Assembly: GCA_904063045.1 (NCBI GenBank)
Contig: CAJFCJ010000009.1
Coordinates: 2,170,968 to 2,234,967 of the forward strand
Origin: Dimorphilus gyrociliatus
Lineage: Eukaryota > Animalia > Annelida
DNA: 64,000 nucleotides
Reading direction: 5' to 3'
Shown here: positions 54,501 to 64,000 of the stretch, piece by piece
Layout: every line of letters starts with the position of its first letter
Position numbering within the stretch: position 1 is the first letter of the stretch
Program-made: the position numbers and the translations under genes
Notes under the pieces: model-generated
Told to the model about the DNA's origin: nothing
Database searches by the model: none
What the model saw: the letters and a program-made list of their open reading frames with translations, nothing else

Positions 54501-56140
54501 ACATGGTAAAAATTACGCAGTTAGAAACTTTATAAGAAAATATAAACTGTTTTCTTGTTTTATCTTTCCTTGTCGCTCTATTAATTGTATTACATCAGTG
54601 TTTCAAAACAGCCCCCTTTTTTTTTTCTCTCTTTCTCTCTTTATCAAATAATTTCTTTAGAAAAAGAAATCAATAGTCATAGAATGACTCAGTTTCACCG
54701 ATCATCAGTTGTTATACGCTTTTATACAAATTTATTTTATTTTAAGAGAATGATTGTTTTATTAATATGGTTATAGGAAGATCAGGATTAACCGTGTCTC
54801 TATCTTATCATTTAAAATCTATTTTAGTTGAAAATCTTATTGATTTTAAATTATATTTTAGAAAATCAACCAAATTATATAAACAAATTCCTTTAAATAG
54901 GACGATTGTATTCAAAGGAATGGAAGGAGGAGAATACCCCGATACCCCAAAAATACTATGCTGCAATGTCTGTAACATATCTTGGAGCGATGTTGGCTAG
55001 CAATCACGCTCTACAATTTGTTCCCTATCCCACCCAAGTTTTGGGAAAATCTGTTAAACCGATACCAGTTATGATACTGGGTGTTTTATTGGCTGGAAAG
55101 AGATACCCTTTAAGGAAATATTTATTTATTGTTTTGATAGTAGCCGGGGTAGCATTGTTCATGTATAAAGAAAAGAAAGGAGCAGCGACGACCGTCGGAT
55201 TTGGTTTTGGAGAAATACTATTAGTAAGTATGATCTCTTGAATGGACAATATTATTGTGAACCTTTAAACACTAAAAAAAATCTTACGCAATATTTCTGA
55301 TAAAATAACCAACCAACCATTTTAGCATAATAGTCATATTCAACATTTAGCCTATAAAATGCTTACAAATATATTATATTTATTTTCTAGACAAGTTGGA
55401 AAGTACAGAATAGTCTATTATCGATTTTCATTTATAACGACTATTTGACCTTGACCGTCTGCTTGATTAAATGTTTAAATATCATTTACTATTCGTATGT
55501 TCACTGGACATTTTTACTTCCTTTTATTCGATTTTAGATTACATCTCTACTGTTAGATGGCGGCACTGGCTCAATTCAAGATAAAATTCGTTCAAATTAT
55601 ACGGTAAAAACTTTTGGAATGATGCTTTTTATGAATGTCTGGTCTGTTTTATATTTGGGAATTGGTAAGTGAATTATCTCTTTAATTAAATATTTCGATT
55701 ATCCTTTGATTATCAATTTAAAATAATATCTATTTTGTAGGTTTACTTTTAACTGGTGAAGCTTTTTCATTTCCTGTATTTTCATTTAAATACCCTTCTG
55801 TTCTACTCCATATATTTATATTTTCGCTCGCTAGCGCAGTTGGACAGGTTAAAATATAGTTTTTATTAAATTATCATTGAATTATTAATTAATTAATTAA
55901 TTAACTTTTATCCTTCTTTAGTTTTTCATCTTTATGACAGTCACCAATTTTGGACCATTACCTTGTTCAATTATTACAACTACTAGGAAATTCTTTACGA
56001 TATTGTTCTCAGTTTTCATTTACGGACATCCGATGATCATAAGACAATGGATAGGAACAATATGCGTATTTATTGGTCTTGGTCTCGATTCCGCTTACGG
56101 AAAACAAAAGAGGAAGGTTGAAAAAATAGAGAAAAGTTAA
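51593..56140 (+). CDS. SLC35B1: Solute carrier family 35 member B1
   Basis: Exon 1 [21 protein letters not shown], exon 2 from 52877, [32 protein letters not shown], and [17 protein letters not shown]. Introns 1 and 2 are unusually long. Confidence 0.93.
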
Positions 56141-56497
56141 TTCTTTCATTTGGCAATAATGTCTTTTTATTTATTGAGAAAAAAATCCTTTTGGTGTTAA
56201 TATTGGCTATCTTATGTATTACTCTCTCTCTCTCTCTCTTTCATTTAAGTCTTATCAAAATGACAAATGAGCGATTATCTCAAAAAAAAACAATGAAAAA
56301 AGAAATTAGTAGAATTTTTATTATGTAAAATACATGTTGAATTATCTAATCTTAATAGGTTATTTTTAATAAATTCATCGTTATACGAAATTGTTACTTT
56401 CCCCTTCCCCATCTTATTTATAGATGCATAAAACTATAAAAAAAAGATGTATTTTCTTCCTTACATTTAGTAACTAAATTTTTTTCCATTGTTTTCT

Positions 56498-58606
56498 TTA
56501 TACATCTGTAGTTTTGGTGTGAATTACGCCATTAAACTTCACTTTTTTCTTTAATACTCTACTGCAAATAATTCTTAGACATTTCCTACGAACATCCTCT
56601 TCCGTATAAAAATATATAACGAAGAAAATTAGACCCTGTAATCCAGTACATAAGCAGAATAGAATTTGAAAAACAAAGCGAACTCTTTCAATTTCAATAA
56701 TTTTAAAGATCCATGTAAGGCCCATTGATGTAAAAAATGAAACTAGACTACAAAATATCTTCATATTCTTCTCCTTATCCGACAATGTTGTCCTGTGCTT
56801 AATTTTCTTTATCACTACACAAGTAATTCGAAAGAGAATCAAGTAATTAATTAAGAGCATCAGTAATAAGAATGGTAGAAATCCTATGTAATAAGCTTTT
56901 TTATCCAACCAACATCTATTTATAGAGATGGCTAACATTCAATACTTAGCTAATAGAATATAAATCACTTACAAAACTCCCTTTTCAAATAGCATTTTGT
57001 AATCAACAGCAGCAATAACTCCAACGACGATAGATGGCATCGCTGTTCGAAGGAGATAATCGAAATTATTAAATATAGCTCCAGTTTAAGGTAACAAAAA
57101 AAAAATAAAACAAACTCCAGCATGGTAAAACACATTTGTATTTAAAATGCAATATCCTTGCTGTATTCTTATGAACGAAGTTTAAAGGATAAAGCGTAAA
57201 CAGGTAGAATAAAATTCCCAATTCTGCCATCCAAGAAATAGAAGCTAACAAGAAATAAAGTATAATAGCGGACGCAATTGCGCATCCAATATCAGTTTCG
57301 CTTCTACTTATTCCTATAATATACGAAATACCCAAAAGGCCTAACGAAAGAGCCAAATTAAATTTTGAATGTTGTATTGTAGTCTTTCTAGCAGATCTGA
57401 TTGAAAGTTTAAAATATAAAGACTATTTTGTTACTCTAAAGAAAAAATTAAAGAACTATTGTTTAACCTGCAAAAAGCGTAAGATATAATTATGCAAACT
57501 AAGCATGGAATTGACAAACATAGTCCTGTGAATAGAATCTTTTCCAGAATGATATCTTCTTTAACATATGAACTTGTAATCTAAAATAAAAGATCATTTC
57601 ATATAGAATAAATAGAGATTCTGTTTGTTGATTTCTTTAAACTTTACCATTAAAACGGCTAGATGAGCAGACGAATTAAAATTACATTTAACTCTAGTTT
57701 CACCGAGTTCTTTTACTCTACTTTTCATCCATTTTCCATTAATAAATTGTCCACAATAACAAATTGTCATTAATTTCGATTTTTCTTCAATATATTCATC
57801 ATTTAAACTAAATTCAACTTCAATATCTTTAATCGTAGTAGATTTCTCGAAATATGGTTTCAAAATATTGCTAATAATTTTAACATTATTACCCAAATTT
57901 AGAAACTTGGAGGTTCTATACGCAAAGATGCTAACACGTTGATTTGCTTGAATCTTAGTTTGGTGAATTTTTAAATAATCTCCAATATTTTCTTTTTTAA
58001 CTGAATTCATAATTATTTTTGTTCGATTTCGAGGAAAATAATTCAATTTTCTATCATAAATTAAATTAATTGATGATAGTAAAATATTCATCTCTATTGC
58101 CATGGTAATACTTTTACTAACAATGAATTTATTCTTTGATAATGGAATAGTTTTAGAAACATTTTCCATTGTATCGGCAATATTAAAATATATATTTTGT
58201 ACATTTTCATCGTTATCGGCGTTACTGTTCAAGTTATCGACAATGTAGACCATTTCGTCTAAACATTTATGGTTCGTACAGAACGTCTCAGTCTTGCGAA
58301 AGGTTTCATCGATAATAGACAAAACTTTTGTGGATATATTAGATTTCCCTATTAAATTATTTGTTTTCTTTAATATTGAAAATGAACTAGTACGATCGTT
58401 GAAACTTTTACTTAAAAGTTCAAGAGCTATTTCGTTTTCTGACCAATTAAAAATGATAAATAACAATAATAATTAATTATCAACTTTATTAATAACTTAC
58501 CAGTTTCTTCGATTCCTTTATTAAGATTTCTAGTAAGATTGTAGCTATTAATAATAGTTGAATAATTCATTAATAATGGTAAGAACAATATTAAAAAATT
58601 CCACAT
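56498..58606 (-). CDS. Adhesion-type GPCR (GAIN-like ectodomain plus 7TM) with a degenerate GPS
   Basis: Signal exon MWNFLILFLPLLM, a GAIN-sized exon, and seven spliced hydrophobic helices including GCAIASAIILYFLLASISWM, CWL, MGLTWIF and LQGLIFF. Confidence 0.85.
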
Positions 58607-59048
58607 TTTAAAATGTGATTAAACTGTGTTTTTGTACTGGAAAAAAAAAAGAATATAAGATTCCTTACTCTGTGCATTTGGTATGACGCGTAGGTAATTG
58701 CAAACTAATTGACAATAATTAATCATAGTAAATATAAACATAATTAAATAAGTAATTAAAAGTCATTCATGATAAACTTTATCTAACGTATTTAAAAAAA
58801 GAAAAAACCTAGCTATTATCATAAATTCATATCTTTTATCTTTTCAAAATTCGAAACAAAATAAATAATAAAGAAAGGGAAAAAAGTTTATTATTGTAAT
58901 AAATTATGCAAATTTATTCAATGATAATGTTTTCTTTATCGTTTGATGTTTTATATCAGTATCCATTAATAAGAAGAAAGGTTAGAAATATTAATTATTG
59001 AGTAGTTATTATATTGGAAATGGTGATTTTTGGCTTTCTTTAATTTAG

Positions 59049-59455
59049 AGATGGATTGGTTCTCCTTGTTTATTTTCCAACGATTGTTTACCGAGGAATG
59101 CTTATTGCGTACGATTAGAAAGTCAAGCTATCGGTAAATGTAAACTTTCATTATTAAAGGTAATTAATTAAAATCATTAATCTCATACAATTAATCCATT
59201 TTCCTATAATAATAAAAAAAGATTGCTCTGAAAAGTGATGAAAAACATTGGATAGAATTTAGTACATTCGTTCAGTTGAAACGTAATGATTTAATTACAA
59301 ATAAATCATCAATTGATAAAGGAAAATCAATATTTGATTATATTTTTAATCATTCTCCATTTCAAAGACCTAAAATAATAACTTTAAAAAAAAATCACTC
59401 TAAACTTGTAAGAAGAAAACTTAAAAGAAAAAAGTCTAAAAAGAAATTAGAATAA
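59049..59455 (+). CDS. Small gene with a Cys-rich exon and a Lys/Arg-rich tail; 5' end unresolved
   Basis: Phase-0 exons 59049-59159 (RWIGSPCLFSNDCLPRNAYCVRLESQAIGKCKLSLLK) and 59222-59455 splice in frame to a stop. I found no compatible ATG exon. Confidence 0.45.
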
Positions 59456-59622
59456 CATTTTATATTTATTTATTTCGTTTGTTTGTTTGTTTTACATTCA
59501 TTTGAAAAACAAAATAAATTATTTATTATGAATTCATAAAAAAAAAATAAGGACAAGCTAAACTAAATTTGAGCGATAATATAACAAGGAATGCTGACGG
59601 ATGAGAAGCTATATACACTTTC

Positions 59623-59648
59623 TATATATATATATATATATATATATA
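59623..59648. repeat. (TA)n microsatellite
   Basis: Direct reading of the sequence. Confidence 0.9.
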
Positions 59649-59984
59649 TGTTATACATATGTATAGATAGTATAGAGTATGACTTAATGTTTTTAAGACT
59701 AGAAAGTTACACAATCAAGAATATTATGCACAAAAAAATTCTTGAGTAAGAATATGTTGTTCCATTTCACTTCCATACTTTCGTTAGAGAAAGAACAATT
59801 AACAAAACAAACGTAATTTGGTGGAATATATATAATTTGGTAACCAACTCATTTCAAAATATAAGAGAGAGAGAGAGAGAGAGGAATTATATAGAAGTAA
59901 ACATTGAAAATTTTGGGGCTATAATCATTTTCAAAAAGTTCTGTTCAGTTATTTTAAACGTATACATTATTAATATCTTTTTTT

Positions 59985-62825
59985 TTAAACATCATCAAAT
60001 ATTCCTCGTGGGGGTCCACCATATTTTGTGTAATTCGATGTACTCAATCTACCTGAATCAGATTGATAACCTCCCAGTCCAATTGGAGCACCGTCGGGGT
60101 TACTATAACTAGAAGTTGGATCTTCTAGCTGGTAGTTGTTATAATCAATAGGTTCGGCTTCTCTTAACAACTCTGTCCGATCGTTCTTCGAAGATCTTTT
60201 ACTTGCTAAACGATCTAGTTAATTTATTGATATTGTTATTATTTTTTTTAGATAGAAAATTAAAAAGTATATAATAAATTACTTTTCCAGTTTCCTTCCT
60301 TAGCACTTTCTGAAGGTTCTGACTGATTTGGTGGGGATGAATCACCAAATCTTTGATTCCACTCTTTTCTCCTTGTCTCCCAATCTTCTCTCCTTTGTAA
60401 CCTTCTTCGTTCTAATAAACAAACGAAAAATATTTCATTTCAATTTCATTCATAATACTGTATAAAATAGAATAAATAAATTGATCTGTTTACCTCTTCT
60501 TACGAGATCTTTGCCTTCGTCGACCAATTCTTGAGTTAAGTGATCATCCTCAACGAATTGTTCAAATCCAAAGAAATGCAAAGCTTTTGAACACAAGTTA
60601 AAGTATGTTGCAACGCAAAGTAGAACAATTAATATTGGAAAGTATATATTAAATCCATCTGATATAAAAGGAATAACATCCATATGTCCCATGATATTCG
60701 TATAAGCTGTCTCCTCTTTTCTTTCGTCTTTCGTTATATGAGTATCTAGATGAATCAGTCCCAAGAAATTTAAACACATTGGAGGAGTAAGTCGACATAA
60801 CATCCTGTTCGAAGAGAGATTTTTCTCGAATAAGTCATCAAATAAAGAGATAATAATAATAAAATACATACATTCCGGCAAAAATAAGGCTGTTAGCATT
60901 TGTTTGATGATCGGGAACCAAATAATAATAATTGAATATTCTAACTTTAAATAGAGTTGAATAGGCGCAGAAACACAAAAATGTTATAGTCAAACAGGAC
61001 GACAACTATTTAAAAATATTTAATTGCATTAAATAGTTATATAATGAATTCTAATATACATACTTCTACATAGAAATAACCAGAATTCTTGGCAGCAGCC
61101 TGAACGAATAGTGCAAAAAATGATAAAACTGGCTTCTTAATAAAGAATAAGCATTCGGACCAAACGACCATAAATGATAAAATACACAAGCATACTGCTA
61201 GTATTTTCATCAAAATAGGTCGTATTAAGCATTTCCAATACCATTCTAATAATTTGAATATAGAATAAAGAAAGCATTTTTCTTTTTAATATATAACAAT
61301 ATGTACTAATTACCGATTTGAGGTGTAATAAGACGCCTTAGAAAGGAAACAGGTTGATAATCAACTCCGACTGAATGAACAAATTTTCTGGTACTACTTT
61401 TCTCATTAGCCTCTAAATCTTCTAATTCAAAGGCTCTTTGCAACGTTTCATTCCACTGACACCTTGCTCTTTCAACGTTATGAGTTGCTAATTTTTAGGA
61501 TAAAGAAGAAATTATACATAATTGATCTCCTTTTATATAGTAAATCTTACCTTTTTTAATATTTTTATGTATTCTAACAAGAGACTTTTCCGTAACAACT
61601 TCGGAAGCTGAATATTCTTCGAAATCGTCTGTACTCCTCTTTAAATTTTTGGTCATCGACTCCGGACACTGTACAATAATTATCATAAAGAATCAATTTC
61701 ATTTTTCTTATAAAATAATATACCTTTTCCAAAATAACATCAACGTATTTTCTCATTGGATTTGTATATTTTACAGTTTCGGCTATTTTTTTAATATCCT
61801 TTTTTTTATGAAATTTTTAAACATTTAAATTAATATTTTAATAAATGAATTAATATGTAATTTACATCCAAAATATCTTCTACATTCTCTTCCGCTTCGG
61901 TCTTTTCTGTACTCAGTTTAGCCATTTTAAAATAAGCGTGGGCTAATTGATAGCCCTGTTTGCTTGCATACCAATAGGATCTTGGAATATCGACTAATCC
62001 ATAACCAAGTAGTAAAACGAGGAGAAAAAGTCCCCATGTGTTACTTGCAGTAATACCAATGACTTTTAATTGTGACCTGGTTAATGAATAAAACACTTTT
62101 ATAGTGAATTTAATAATAAAACACTAATTAACGCAAACCCATTTATATTTAGTCCGGGTTTAATAGCAACGTATACCAAGCATATACCAAATATGAGTAA
62201 ATAAGTTCCATAATAGATGGCATTTTCGAATAGAGCAGACTTTATTTTCCTCCAAACAGTAAAATCGCCAGCATTTGAAAACGATTGCATCATAGGAAGG
62301 AGGATCCTGTTTTTTTTTTTTTAATTTTTTTTGTAAACGTCTGAAAATGTGTTATTTATCAGCAGTATACCATGTTAAGAATTGCGATGTCCAATAAACA
62401 ACTCTCCAGAGTACAGGTAATACTGTTGGTGGAAACCAACTCCAAGGTTTCTCACATACTTGTTCAGGAGAAATTATTTGAGATGTTGATAAAGTTGGCT
62501 CGTTAATTATTGTTGTTGTTAAATTCGGATTCGATGTTGTATCAGGCAATGGTGAGTTATCTTTTAAACATTGTCGATAAAACGTCTGTTAATTGTTTAA
62601 TAGAGTAAATTAAGGCCTAGGGTAACAAAAAAAATTATTGTAATTCTATACCGATGAAACATCCAAAGGTAGAACGAATATTATCATGAAAGAGAAGTAC
62701 CAAGCTATGAAACAAGCTACAGTAACCAAAATATGCTGTTTTCTGTAATCTCCATATCTGTGTAGCATGAGAGCAGCTACACAGAATACTAGAGAAACTT
62801 CTATCGTTAGCGGAATGACACTCAT
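59985..62825 (-). CDS. LMBRD2: LMBR1 domain-containing protein 2
   Basis: [10 protein letters not shown]...[61 protein letters not shown], and C-terminal PPRGIFDDV*. Confidence 0.95.
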
Positions 62826-63341
62826 GCTAAAAAAATAAGAAAAGTGTGTTTCAGTTATAACTAATTATTTATACACAGTGATTCAGCTTGTTATTTAGCA
62901 GCTTTAATTTTTGTTTCAAAAGTATTCTAAACCTGAAATTTTTTTCTCTTAATCTTCAAAACATAACAACTTTTCTTAACCGAAGAAAATTAGAAATCAA
63001 TGGCACGAATATAAAATATTGACCAAAAGGATGACGTTGTCTATTTCATATTGACAACGGCAGACATTTATACCACCAACCAGTTTTGTTGTTCTTTTCT
63101 CTTACAATGGAATACAAACCAGTTGAATATATTTTTGCTTTATTTTGCAATGTAGAAAAAGAAACTGGTTCCAGGTTCAATATTAGAACCCTTTGACCTT
63201 GAACTGAAACATTTTTCATGATCGTTTTTAAATCAATAAACACGAGGTTAAGGATGCACAATGTTAAAAAAAGGTCCAATTCTATCTAAAAAACCTTTAC
63301 GTCGACAATTTGCCACAACAACTAGATTCGCTGATTCAAGA

Positions 63342-64000
63342 ATGACACAAAAATTCACAGACGAAAAGCTTCATTTTAATTATGAAGAAACTGTTATCAA
63401 ATTGAACAATTATTATGGAACAGGTTTGTTATGAAATATAATGAATACGTAAAATTGTAAAATTGAGTCTGTTTTCTTAGTCAAACGACAAATTCTCAGA
63501 CATCAGAGTCCAACAACAGGATTATTTCCATGTAACTTAGCCGATGCTAGTTCAAAAGAGGCTCATGTTAGAGACAGCGTTTATTGTGCAGCATGCCTGT
63601 GGGCATTATCTCAAGCTTATAGGTAGGAAAGTAGTTGAAAATCTTTGAAAATGTCTATTGTTGAATATTCATATCAATAGGAGAATTGATGACGATAAGG
63701 GGAGAACATATGAACTAAGTCAATCAGCTGTAAAATGTATGAGAGGAATCCTCTCTTGTTGGATACGACAATCTGATAAAGTTTGTAAATAATAAATACA
63801 TATATTTGTATCAATCACAATTGTATATATCCATTCTAACTTGAACAGCTAGAAAAGTTCAAACATCATCAAATTCCGAAAAATGCACTGCATTCAAAAT
63901 TTCATTTAGATACTGGAGATTCACTATATGACAACGAAGAATACGAGCACCTGCAGATTGATTGTATAGCTTTATACATACTTTTTCTCATTCAAATGAT
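63342..64000 (+). CDS. PHKB: Phosphorylase kinase regulatory subunit beta, 5' part
   Basis: [17 protein letters not shown]...[19 protein letters not shown]|[24 protein letters not shown]...[17 protein letters not shown]. The gene runs off the window. Confidence 0.92.

Noticed and set aside
55554-55569. 16-nt match AGATGGCGGCACTGGC between the SLC35B1 CDS and the RUNDC1 start
   Set aside because: It encodes L-D-G-G-T-G in a conserved exon and does not extend, so it is probably chance.
63046-63279. 77-aa ORF and an imperfect AACCAGTT/AACTGGTT hairpin between LMBRD2 and PHKB
   Set aside because: The ORF has a TTG start and no motif. The pairing is too weak to call a structured RNA.

Overview
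This is AT-rich eukaryotic (animal, probably spiralian) DNA from a very compact genome. About 20 genes are packed at roughly 3 kb spacing, and most introns are 50-100 nt. The organisation resembles a miniaturised annelid genome, but the species cannot be fixed from the sequence. Gene order: unknown secreted protein (partial), PLXDC, SPG11, an SDR dehydrogenase, RUNDC1, a NACHT-LRR (NLR) gene, rough homeobox, a decayed AChBP-like pseudogene, an intact AChBP-like gene, a divergent Slo/BK channel, a TauE/SafE transporter, an LDLa membrane protein, tRNA-Arg(TCG), NDUFS2, RCCD1-like, TRAPPC2, an orphan ORF, TRAPPC8, DSCC1, SLC35B1, an adhesion GPCR, a small Cys-rich gene, LMBRD2 and PHKB (partial). 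I saw no CRISPR array, transposon ORF or rRNA. The most notable observations are: (i) a Slo1-type K+ channel that appears to have lost its main gating charge, calcium bowl, Mg2+ site and inner acidic ring; (ii) head-to-head with it, a soluble acetylcholine-binding protein with an intact aromatic box but a shortened Cys-loop, plus a tandem pseudogene; (iii) three alternative PSI-completing exons in PLXDC; (iv) U12-type introns. All exon models were built by hand, and homology calls come from recalled family motifs, not from searches.
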